A stretch of 61,162 nt of DNA, the filler included, from Deltaproteobacteria bacterium (GTDB taxonomy: Bacteria; JACQOV01), in NCBI GenBank assembly GCA_016202395.1. It is 4 parts of 4 records of this genome, joined end to end, with 100 filler letters (N's around TTAATTAATTAA, not from the genome) between each part and the next. Parts side by side here need not be neighbours in the genome. Positions count along the whole stretch, not along the records: positions 1 to 29,523 come from JACQOV010000011.1; 3 more parts are not named here. One strand, written 5' to 3'. The notes beneath the pieces are model-generated. The model saw only the letters and a list, made by a program, of their open reading frames with translations. It was not told the DNA's origin and made no database searches. How positions within the stretch are numbered: position 1 is the stretch's first letter; every line of letters begins with the position of its first letter. Positions 1-8,843 of the stretch are shown here, in pieces. A program made the position numbers and the translations under genes.

Positions 1-57
1 ATAGCAGATAGCGTTTAGCGTATAGTTTTACTTGCCTAAACGCTATACGCTAACAAG

Positions 58-960
58 ATGAATGCTTATGCCTTAATTATGGCGGGGGGGGAGGGGACTC
101 GGTTTTATCCTCTTTCGACTCCAGAGAAGCCAAAGCAATTTTTGAATCTTTATGGTCACGCGAGTTTGATTCAGCACACCTTTGGTCGCGTTCAGCCGAT
201 TTTCGGAGATTCTCAAATCTGGGTTGCAACGAATGAGCGTTTTATCCCTTTAGTTCAAGAGCATCTTCCGAAGATTTGTCTGCGTCAATTAATTGGCGAA
301 CCGATCAAGAAAAATACAGCCCCTTGCATTGCTCTGGCGGCCTACCTTATTTCATCTGTCAATCCGGAGGCCGTTATGGCGGTGTTCCCTGCAGATCATT
401 TTGTTGCGGACGAGGAGCAATTTAGAAAAACAATTTTGAAAGCGATTGAAGGAGCCAGCGACCAAAAGAAGTTAATTACCTTTGGAATCCGCCCCTCCTG
501 GCCTTCGGCCGAATATGGTTACATTCGATGTGGGGCCTCTTTTTTGGAGGATTCTTTTCGGGTGGTGGATCGATTCGTTGAAAAGCCAAACTCTAAATTA
601 GCTCAAGATTACATCAAGGAGGGGAACTATCTTTGGAATAGTGGAATCTTTGTTTGGAGAGCCGATGCCATTCTTCATGAGATCGAAAATTATTTGCCCC
701 GAACATTTAATTTATTGCAATCCCTTTCTGTAAAAAATGGGGCGCTCTCTCAAGAGGATCTTCATCGATTTTTTAATCAGGTGGAATCTGTTTCGATCGA
801 TTATGGTGTTTTAGAACGTTCAAAGAATGTGCTGGTGTTGCCTGTCGATTTTCGGTGGAGTGATCTGGGCTCTTTTGAGGCTTTAAAAAGATTGGCAGAC
901 CAAAAGGAGATTGAGTTAAGTCCAGAAGCCCTTTCCCACATTCAACGAGGGGTCCGATGA
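58..960 (+). CDS. manC: Mannose-1-phosphate guanylyltransferase (GMP domain only)
   Basis: IMAGGEGTRFYPLS..KPKQFL, KNTAPCI, PADH, FVEKP, WNSGIF, SIDYGVLE and WSDLGS motifs. Confidence 0.92.
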   Translation: MNAYALIMAGGEGTRFYPLSTPEKPKQFLNLYGHASLIQHTFGRVQPIFGDSQIWVATNERFIPLVQEHLPKICLRQLIGEPIKKNTAPCIALAAYLISSVNPEAVMAVFPADHFVADEEQFRKTILKAIEGASDQKKLITFGIRPSWPSAEYGYIRCGASFLEDSFRVVDRFVEKPNSKLAQDYIKEGNYLWNSGIFVWRADAILHEIENYLPRTFNLLQSLSVKNGALSQEDLHRFFNQVESVSIDYGVLERSKNVLVLPVDFRWSDLGSFEALKRLADQKEIELSPEALSHIQRGVR

Positions 961-1301
961 AAATCAACAAACCTTGGGGGAATGAATGGATTTGGGCTAA
1001 GACGGATCGGTATGTTGGGAAGATTCTCACCATCCGTCAATCCCATCGTTTGTCGTATCAGTATCATAACACGAAAGAAGAGACGATCTATCTCATGAAA
1101 GGGGAGATGGATCTCGAATACGAAGAAAATGGGGTTCGCAAGACTCTCCGACTGAAAGAAGGGCAAAACTTTCACATCCCTCCCAGAATGAAACACCGCA
1201 TGATTGCCGTTACCCATTGCCAGGTGGTCGAGGTCTCTACACCGGAGCTCGATGACGTCGTTCGCCTTGAAGATGAATACGGTCGTACCAAGCCTTCCTA
1301 A
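957..1301 (+). CDS. Cupin, mannose-6-phosphate isomerase type II C-terminal-like
   Basis: KPWG.E, LSYQYH.KEET, HRM and EVSTPELDDVVRLED motifs; ATGA overlap with the upstream gene. Confidence 0.85.
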   Translation: MKINKPWGNEWIWAKTDRYVGKILTIRQSHRLSYQYHNTKEETIYLMKGEMDLEYEENGVRKTLRLKEGQNFHIPPRMKHRMIAVTHCQVVEVSTPELDDVVRLEDEYGRTKPS

Positions 1302-1326
1302 AGGTGGACATCTTATAACTTATTGA

Positions 1327-1368
1327 AGTAATCGAATCTCCGCCCTTTAGGGCGGAGATTCGATTACT
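1327..1368. repeat. Perfect palindrome, 20-bp arms, with an IS200/IS605-end-like core
   Basis: agtaatcgaatctccgccct-tt-agggcggagattcgattact. Confidence 0.85.
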
Positions 1369-1369
1369 C

Positions 1370-2677
1370 ATGGATTGGCTTGGCGGACAGCCCACCATTG
1401 TTCAACTCCCTACGGAAGTTGCGGGGAGGATTCCGGATTATTCTTATCTTCAATTCCAAAATGGGTATTTTTATGCACTGACGGAGGAAGGGGATCTCAG
1501 CACGTTTGCAATCTGTGGGAACTCGATCCTCTTGACGGATGAGTTGAAGGATCTGGTGGCTTCTGAACACCAGATCGTCGCGGCTCGGTTCTTCAATGAT
1601 TGGCTCTATTTTAATGATAACGATCCTAAGAAAAACGGCTATGAAACCAATGTCATGGGGGCCATTGACTTGTCCACTCCTGCGATCCCTGCGGTGTATG
1701 GAACCATCAGCCTCCCCGGAGATACGTTCGACTTTATCCAGGATGAGGATTTTCTGTGGAGTTTTGGATTGATCACGGTGCGATCCGAACCGACCTTGTA
1801 CTCCTTAGGGAAGGTTTCTCTTTTTACGGAAAGGATTGAGGAGGTCGATCACTTGCTACTTGGAACGGATGGCAGACAATTCTCCTCTGCGTCTCGGTCC
1901 GACGATCAGGTGTTCCATTTTGATGAGAATCTTCATCGGCTTTTCTTCCCTTATACGGTTTCTGGATTCTTGAATGGGATCGGTTGGGACACGGAGTACC
2001 GCCTCTCGGTGATAGATCGAGTGGATCAAGATTTAATGGAGGTGGTGAGCGAGGACTTTCCAGTGTCTGTAGAACGATCGATCAGTTACGATTCTTCTAA
2101 CTTTGTCACTTTCTCCGATGCGTTTCTCTACCAGTTCCAAAAGATGGGGGAGGAATGGGAACGCGTTCCGTTGCTCGAAGCCCGTGTCCCCTCCTCGGTC
2201 TTTTTCGTTGAGGTAACAAACTGGGCTATCGTTACAACAGGGAAATCCGAGGGGTATCTCTTGGAGGTGTACCGTAAAGACAGGCTTTATTCGGGAGATT
2301 TGTCCGACCGGCAGCTTGTTCCTCGTGGAGAAAGCCATGTCTGTTTGGCGCCGGAGATCTTCTACACCGGTAATGTGGTGTTTGTTGTTCAAGAACAGGA
2401 AGGGATCTTTGTGACAACAGAGGATTGTCCTGATTCATTCTCCCCCGATCAACTCCGATTCATCGGATTTGAGGTTTCGAGCGATGGAAAATTGAAGGAG
2501 TTGGATCCCGAATCGCTTTGGGAGGTCTATGAGATTGTTCAGCGTCCTTATTGTGTCCAGGATTTGACGAACTGTGATGGGACTTTGGTTGAAGAGAGAA
2601 GGGTCGATGATGCGGAAGCCACCTGTTTTTCGGAAGAGGGTTATTGGAACCTGGCTTATCAGTGTTCAACTCGATAA
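1370..2677 (+). CDS. Beta-propeller-domain protein, possibly 5'-truncated
   Basis: 435-aa acidic ORF; GTISLPG and S.ASRSDDQVFHFD..RLFFPY resemble secreted beta-propeller proteins; no signal peptide. Confidence 0.55.
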   Translation: MDWLGGQPTIVQLPTEVAGRIPDYSYLQFQNGYFYALTEEGDLSTFAICGNSILLTDELKDLVASEHQIVAARFFNDWLYFNDNDPKKNGYETNVMGAIDLSTPAIPAVYGTISLPGDTFDFIQDEDFLWSFGLITVRSEPTLYSLGKVSLFTERIEEVDHLLLGTDGRQFSSASRSDDQVFHFDENLHRLFFPYTVSGFLNGIGWDTEYRLSVIDRVDQDLMEVVSEDFPVSVERSISYDSSNFVTFSDAFLYQFQKMGEEWERVPLLEARVPSSVFFVEVTNWAIVTTGKSEGYLLEVYRKDRLYSGDLSDRQLVPRGESHVCLAPEIFYTGNVVFVVQEQEGIFVTTEDCPDSFSPDQLRFIGFEVSSDGKLKELDPESLWEVYEIVQRPYCVQDLTNCDGTLVEERRVDDAEATCFSEEGYWNLAYQCSTR

Positions 2678-2853
2678 GAAGGGGCTCATTTTTCATGACA
2701 CAAAGTGTGTCGATCTCTTGTCCTGGTGGGTTGAACTGGACCTCACCCGCCAGGGCGAGGGGATTTTGGCGCTGTGTCAAAAAGATACAGAAAAGGCAAT
2801 TTTTGCGTGTATTCAGAGAGTTCACGGGGAACTTAGAATAAAAAGTCTTTATT

Positions 2854-2896
2854 AATCAATAGGTTATAAAAAGGTAGCGATGGCACGGCTATTGCA
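2854..2896 (+). promoter_or_regulatory. IHF site plus sigma54 (-24/-12) promoter
   Basis: AATCAAtaggTTA (2854-2866) fits WATCAANNNNTTR; TGGCACGgctaTTGCA at 2881-2896. Confidence 0.8.
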
Positions 2897-2932
2897 TGAC
2901 TAATAAGGGGGCAGGGGGGGAAGGAATGAACG

Positions 2933-5900
2933 ATGGGAGCAAGAATTAGCCAGAAAAGACCGATCCCATGGGTATCCATAGGGTTTTTCAGCATCGGCCT
3001 CGCTATAGCCTTTTGGTTTCAAGGATGTGGAGGATGTGATGATGACTCTTCAGAAATTGCCGAGTCTCTTTCTGTGAGTGACGTGGATCCTGCCTGTATC
3101 AAAATAGACACTCTTTCGACTTTATCCATCCAAGGATCTGGCTTCTCTTCCGACATGGTGGTTGAATTCCAATCGGGTGAGCTTTCCATGAATCCCACCT
3201 CCGAAAGTTTGGTTTCGTCCCAAGAGTTGAACGTGGAGATCACTTGTCCTGGTGAGGGAGCTTATGATCTTACGATTGTAAACGGGACGGAAACAACCCA
3301 AAAAAGTGGCATTCTAGAGTGTGCTTTAGAATGTGAATCCTCTCCACCGGGTCCGATAGTTTCAACATTGACTTACGTTCCTCAAGAAGGGACGGGGGGA
3401 ACGACAGTGCGTGTCATTGGGACGGAGATTGGAACGTATGGGCTTCAAGTCGGTCCTGTGGAGGGAGGGGAACTCGACCCCGAATATACTGTAATTGTAG
3501 AGCGGACTCAGAAGGTTTTAGACGATTTGCAAGCAAAATTTACACTGCCTGAAAATGAGACTTTCGGTGGAGTTCCTGGAGGGGAAGTGACATTAGGGAT
3601 TCAATGGGTTGATGCCAATGGAGAAGTTCTCCAAACAGAATATCAGGGAGAAACACTGGATTATCTGGAGTTTAACTACACCGTTCCTGAGGATGCGCTA
3701 ACCGATGTCGTGGTCCATTCTTTTACGGCTTGGGCCACTTGTGGTGATGTTGGGAAGATCCAAGGAACCGGTCTCAAAGATCTCGGACTTCAAATTGGGC
3801 CCCTCCAAGATGAGGACCAGGATGGGGATCTCGAGGTTACAAACGCTGTCGAATTCCAAAGGAAAGAGCTCTTGGCAGCAAATTGGCAAGTGAAATTTAA
3901 ATTTGATGAGGACAACTGCCCTAGTTTCCTCCCCGATTCTATCCTGGAGAATCTTCCAGAGGATCGAGTGGTGAAACTAGGGATGCAACTCGTCGATGAG
4001 AACGGGAATGTCGCAGATCTCACCGGCGGAACCGATGAAGGGACCCACGGTGATTATCTGGCGCTCGATTTTCAAGTTCCTCTCGTTGCGGATCGGAGCG
4101 TTTCTATCACCAATTACACCAACAGTGGGACCTATGGAACAAAAGTCAAGATCTTTGGTTCGGATCTCAGTAATCTTACGATGAAGGTGGTGGCTCTCAA
4201 TTCATCGGGGTCTGCTGTTGGGGAATATGTCTCAGTGACTCGTGATGAGAAAGATTGGGCTTCGAAGTGGTATGCCACTTTTGAGATGCCTTCTTTTGAT
4301 GATTTAGGCTCTGTAGGAAGTACGCTCACCGTCGCCATCGGTTTTTTCGATGAGGATGGAGACCTTGTGGATGTCACCTATGACGGGCAAACCAAAAAAT
4401 CGCTCTCCTTTACTTACACCATCGGTGATCCTGGTGTGGTGATTAGCTCCTTCACCACCTGGTCTACATGCGGCGAATGGGTAGAGATCGCAGGAGTCGA
4501 TCTTGGAGATTTTGGGGTTCGAGTAGGACGGGTTCAGAATGGGGTCGTTGTGAATCCAGTCACTTTTGAAAGAAAAGAGTTGCTCCTTAAAAACTTTCAT
4601 ATCAAGATATACTTTGAAGAGGATAATTGTCCTGACTTTTTGGGTTCAACCACAGCGGGTGAAACACTGGATTTGGGAATCGAGCTTACCAGTGGCAGTA
4701 GCGCCGTGGGGATCAAAGATAGAAGCCCCGATTATCTCCCTTTGACTTTTCGAGTGCCGGATGCGGAGGCGGGTCCATCGATCTCCATCACCCGGTACAC
4801 CAGCAGTGGGACCGAAGGGGATACGGTCAAGGTTGTGGGGACGGGCCTAAAGGACTTAAGTGTGGAACTTTGGGTTTTGAATTCTGAAACGGGGGATATT
4901 GATGAAACTTCTGTAACACGCACGGAGCTGTTGCTCCCCAATCTCCAAGCTAAGTTTGAGATGCCCTCCTTCAACGATTATGGAGATGCGGGTGAGACCG
5001 TGGAGGTCCATCTCTTTTTCTTTAATGAAGAGGGGGAACAAGTCGATCTTACATTCGAAGATGCCGATGGTGACGGGAACAAAGATACTCAAAAATCGCT
5101 CCCCTTCTCGTATCAAATTCCTCCAGAGAGTGGAGCCACAATTTCATCCTACGATGGTTGGGCCACTTGTGACGATCTTATTACCATTGAGGGCTCTAGT
5201 TTCCAAGGCCTCGAGGTGCAGATCGGGAAAATTTTAAGTGGGGTGGTCACCGATCCAGTAGGATTCAAGCGAAGAGAGATCCTGTGGAAAGATAAACAGA
5301 TCAAGGTCAAGTTCGATGACAAAAATGATCAGACCTGCCTCGATTTCTTAGGGGACTCCGCCCCGGGAGAAACAATAGAGTTTGGCATCCAACTAATCGA
5401 TTCGAATGGGGACCCGGTCAATCTCATTAATGCAACCAACGAGCCAACTCATGGAGACTACTTCTATTTGTATTTCAGGGTTCCTGATGAGGATCCTATC
5501 GATGTCGTCCCGGTTCTGAAGTATGAACCGACCCGGGGGAGTGCAGGGGACAAGGTCAAGATCGTGGGGAGTGGTCTCAAAGATCTTGAAGTGGAGGTTT
5601 GGGCGGTGGATTCGGATGGAAACAGTCAGGCCACTCCGATAGAAGAAAGGGAGGAGGCCGATCTTCTTTCAAATTATGTGATCCAATTTACGATGTCATC
5701 ACTGTCGCTTTACGATGAGACAGGGGAGCCAGGAGAGGAATTTCAAGCAGGAATCCTCTTCTTTACGGCCGAAGGGGATCCTGTTCATATGGAGTATGAT
5801 GACGATGGCGATGGAGTGGCAGAGGCGCGCAAGTCGTTGCATTTTACTTACGTCATTCCACCGGAGGAGGCGATTCCTGTTTCCGAGTATACGAGTTGGG

Positions 5901-6847
5901 CGACTTGTGGCGATTATGCGGTGATTGAAGGGACGGGGCTAAAGGGTCTGGAAGTTCGTGTCGGAAGGGTTACCGATATCGCGGCAGGAAACACACAAGC
6001 CTTAATCGAGTTTGAACAGAAAGAGATCCTCGATTCCAACTCCAAGATCAAGATCAAATTTGATGAAGGGAACTGCCCCGATTTCTTAGGGACGACCACG
6101 CCGGGGGAGACATTAGATCTTGGTTACCAACTGACCGATGAGGATGGCGACGCGCTGACTCTCACGGTGGGAGAGGGAACCGGAAATTACCTTCCTTTTC
6201 AGTTCAAAGTTCCGGAAGAGGTTATCGTCTCAGGGCCGAGTGTCACGCTCGACAAATATGAACCGACCTCTGGAACCGGTGGAGATCAGATTTTGATCCA
6301 AGGGAGGGATCTCAAGGATCTCGTTGTCAAAGTGGTTACATTGGATTCGAGTGGGGAGTGGGTTGGAACGGTGGCCACTCGAGAGGAGAACGTTCTTCTT
6401 TCGAATCGATATATGAAGTTTGCAATGCCCTCGTTTGATGTCTATGGAGATCCTCTTGAGACCATCGATGTCCGAATCGTTTTCTGCACCGATGCCTCGT
6501 GCGATAGCGCTGAGGAACAAGTGGACATCAAGTACGATTTCGATGGCGACGGTGAAACAGAAGTTCAGAAATCGCTCCTATTCGAATACTCGATTCCCAT
6601 CAGTTTAGGAGATCTCGTGGATGATCTCAATGGAATTCTGGAGGATGTCCGGGATCGCCTGGACGATTTTGATGTCTCTGATCTAAACGAGTTTTGGGAA
6701 GATTTTGTGGATAATCACACAAAAGAATTGGAGGGTAGAGGTGTCACTTGCGAAGATTGCAGTGCGCAACCCAATCTCTCCTGTTTAGGAACTTTTTCGG
6801 CACCGAATTCCAGCACGGTCTCCTTTACTCCCGATTCCGATTGCTAG
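2933..6847 (+). CDS. Large acidic surface (lipo)protein with tandem IPT/TIG-like Ig domains
   Basis: N-terminal hydrophobic segment followed by FQGC; about 10 repeats of roughly 115-125 aa; DxDGDG motifs. Confidence 0.75.
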   Translation: MGARISQKRPIPWVSIGFFSIGLAIAFWFQGCGGCDDDSSEIAESLSVSDVDPACIKIDTLSTLSIQGSGFSSDMVVEFQSGELSMNPTSESLVSSQELNVEITCPGEGAYDLTIVNGTETTQKSGILECALECESSPPGPIVSTLTYVPQEGTGGTTVRVIGTEIGTYGLQVGPVEGGELDPEYTVIVERTQKVLDDLQAKFTLPENETFGGVPGGEVTLGIQWVDANGEVLQTEYQGETLDYLEFNYTVPEDALTDVVVHSFTAWATCGDVGKIQGTGLKDLGLQIGPLQDEDQDGDLEVTNAVEFQRKELLAANWQVKFKFDEDNCPSFLPDSILENLPEDRVVKLGMQLVDENGNVADLTGGTDEGTHGDYLALDFQVPLVADRSVSITNYTNSGTYGTKVKIFGSDLSNLTMKVVALNSSGSAVGEYVSVTRDEKDWASKWYATFEMPSFDDLGSVGSTLTVAIGFFDEDGDLVDVTYDGQTKKSLSFTYTIGDPGVVISSFTTWSTCGEWVEIAGVDLGDFGVRVGRVQNGVVVNPVTFERKELLLKNFHIKIYFEEDNCPDFLGSTTAGETLDLGIELTSGSSAVGIKDRSPDYLPLTFRVPDAEAGPSISITRYTSSGTEGDTVKVVGTGLKDLSVELWVLNSETGDIDETSVTRTELLLPNLQAKFEMPSFNDYGDAGETVEVHLFFFNEEGEQVDLTFEDADGDGNKDTQKSLPFSYQIPPESGATISSYDGWATCDDLITIEGSSFQGLEVQIGKILSGVVTDPVGFKRREILWKDKQIKVKFDDKNDQTCLDFLGDSAPGETIEFGIQLIDSNGDPVNLINATNEPTHGDYFYLYFRVPDEDPIDVVPVLKYEPTRGSAGDKVKIVGSGLKDLEVEVWAVDSDGNSQATPIEEREEADLLSNYVIQFTMSSLSLYDETGEPGEEFQAGILFFTAEGDPVHMEYDDDGDGVAEARKSLHFTYVIPPEEAIPVSEYTSWATCGDYAVIEGTGLKGLEVRVGRVTDIAAGNTQALIEFEQKEILDSNSKIKIKFDEGNCPDFLGTTTPGETLDLGYQLTDEDGDALTLTVGEGTGNYLPFQFKVPEEVIVSGPSVTLDKYEPTSGTGGDQILIQGRDLKDLVVKVVTLDSSGEWVGTVATREENVLLSNRYMKFAMPSFDVYGDPLETIDVRIVFCTDASCDSAEEQVDIKYDFDGDGETEVQKSLLFEYSIPISLGDLVDDLNGILEDVRDRLDDFDVSDLNEFWEDFVDNHTKELEGRGVTCEDCSAQPNLSCLGTFSAPNSSTVSFTPDSDC

Positions 6848-6857
6848 CCATTCGTAA

Positions 6858-6886
6858 CGTCATCCCCGCGGAAGCGGGGATCCAGT
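6858..6886 (+). repeat. CGTC-type REP palindrome (family A)
   Basis: cgtcatccccgcggaagcggggatccagt; same family as 40470-40564 and 54380-54850. Confidence 0.9.
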
Positions 6887-6941
6887 AACCCATCGAAAGA
6901 ACTGGGTTTGTGTTTTGTAGGCGAACTGTGTAGATTTAGCC

Positions 6942-7766
6942 TTGATGAATAGTGTCGTCATTTTGACCGGCGCAGCCAGTGGCATTGGGCTTCATTTGGC
7001 GGGTGTTTTTGCCTCGAGGGGCTACCCTCTTTTGGTCACCGACATCCACGAACAGATCCTTCAGGAACAGGCTGAGAAGCTCCACTGGAGGTCGCCACAG
7101 GTTTTAATCCAAAAATTAGATGTGCGGGATCGTGAACAGTGGAAGCAAACGATCGATCTTGCGGTGCAAACGTGGGGGCGGGTCGATATCTTAATGAATA
7201 TCGCGGCTTATCTGAGGCCCGGTTTCATCCATGAAATTGACGCGAGTGAGGTGGATCGGCATATCGATGTGAATATCAAAGGGGTCCTCTATGGCACTCA
7301 GGCCGCCGCTCGCCAGATGATTTTGCAAGGGAAGGGCCACATCATCAACATCAGTTCTTTAGCGGGGATTGCGCCGACCCCCGGAATCTCACTTTATAGC
7401 GCCTCGAAATTTTCGGTGCGCGGTTTTTCTTTGGCAGTTGCCGATGAACTGCGTCCTCATGGCGTTTATGTTACGGTGGTTTGTCCGGATGCCGTCCAAA
7501 CGCCGATGCTCGATCTTCAGTTGGGTTATAGAAAAGAGACCGCGCTCGTCTTTTCAGGGCCTCATCCTCTTCGTGTTCAAGATATCGAAAGGGCCATTTT
7601 TGAAAAGGTGATCCCCAAAAGGCCGTTAGAAGTTCTATTGCCTGCCCATCGAGGGTGGCTCGCGAAGCTGGCGAATCTTTTCCCATCTCTTTTAAAAACG
7701 CTCGGTCCGATTTTCCGAAAGAGAGGCTTATCCAACCAAACAAAATATGAACGGGGTGAACTGTGA
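6942..7766 (+). CDS. SDR-family oxidoreductase
   Basis: TGAASGIG, NISS and YSASK motifs. Confidence 0.92.
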   Translation: MMNSVVILTGAASGIGLHLAGVFASRGYPLLVTDIHEQILQEQAEKLHWRSPQVLIQKLDVRDREQWKQTIDLAVQTWGRVDILMNIAAYLRPGFIHEIDASEVDRHIDVNIKGVLYGTQAAARQMILQGKGHIINISSLAGIAPTPGISLYSASKFSVRGFSLAVADELRPHGVYVTVVCPDAVQTPMLDLQLGYRKETALVFSGPHPLRVQDIERAIFEKVIPKRPLEVLLPAHRGWLAKLANLFPSLLKTLGPIFRKRGLSNQTKYERGEL

Positions 7767-8818
7767 AAAAAATCGCTCTAGGACTCATTGGGTTTCTTCT
7801 TTGGAGTTCTGTGGCTACAGCCCACGTTTACTATTCTCATACAGACCATTTAAATTCGGCGCAGTTGATCACAAATGAGGTGGGAGAAGTCAGCCAATTG
7901 GAAAGCTATACCCCTTTCGGCGAGATTTTGCAGGAAAAGGGCTGGGGTGATGGGCCCACTACTTATCTCTACACCCATCAAGAACTCGACCGCTCCTCGG
8001 AGCTCTACTACTATGGCGCCAGGTATTATGATCCAGTGACGGCGCGGTTTGCGAGCGCGGATCCTGTTCTAATGAATCTGCCTTATAGTTATGTTCTCAA
8101 TAATCCGATAAAATACACCGATCCAAACGGTTTAGAGGAAGAGGAAAAAACTCAGCCTCCTCCCCCCTCGTGGCGGGAGAGTTTACGAAATAGATTGGGC
8201 GCGACCTTTCCACCGTTCGGTCCTCCAGGGGAGTTGCCGGCGGTTCCAAATTCATGGGGTGGAGCTTACAACACCTCTCTCCCAGGTCCTGTTGTTTCCC
8301 CTCCAAACGGGAGACCTGGCGTGAAAACCGTCAGGAGTGCGGTTGATCGCATCCTGCCCATTTATTACGGGACAGAGCCTGTGACAAAAGAGGCTATTGA
8401 TCAGGCCTTAGGTGAGCTCATGAGAATGAGCTTTCAGATCGTGCCTTATCCTTTGGGTTCTCCTGAAGGGGAAGGAAGCGAAAAAGATACAGATGTAACG
8501 TGGATACGCAAACGATTTTACCATCCCATTAATCCCGAGGCGCGACAACTCCGGACGGACATCTACAATTACCTTGTGCAAGAGAGTCGGGATGCGGGAA
8601 CCGATCTGGATCCCTTATCCACGGTGCACGATCCTTTGGGAGTGAATAACCCAAAAGAATTTCAGAAAAAATTTCTTCATTTCGTCATGTCCCTTCATAA
8701 AGATATTGGTCGCTATCGGGATAATCCCGCGGGTCTTCAGGGGGATTTACAAGCACGGTCCGCCCTGGATATTGCTAACAGGTTACAAGAATTAACGGAA
8801 TCGAGCGAAGGAGGATGA
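7763..8818 (+). CDS. Signal peptide + RHS-associated core + variable C-terminus (mini-Rhs 1)
   Basis: MKKIALGLIGFLLWSSVATA|HVYYSHTDHLNS..YTPFGE..YYYGARYYDP..RFASADP..NNPIKYTDPNGL. Confidence 0.9.
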   Translation: MKKIALGLIGFLLWSSVATAHVYYSHTDHLNSAQLITNEVGEVSQLESYTPFGEILQEKGWGDGPTTYLYTHQELDRSSELYYYGARYYDPVTARFASADPVLMNLPYSYVLNNPIKYTDPNGLEEEEKTQPPPPSWRESLRNRLGATFPPFGPPGELPAVPNSWGGAYNTSLPGPVVSPPNGRPGVKTVRSAVDRILPIYYGTEPVTKEAIDQALGELMRMSFQIVPYPLGSPEGEGSEKDTDVTWIRKRFYHPINPEARQLRTDIYNYLVQESRDAGTDLDPLSTVHDPLGVNNPKEFQKKFLHFVMSLHKDIGRYRDNPAGLQGDLQARSALDIANRLQELTESSEGG

Positions 8819-8843
8819 GATGCGCGCAACGAGGGAGGTCTTC

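Noticed and set aside
58-1301. Split ManC as a novelty
   Set aside because: Separate GMP and cupin genes are common.
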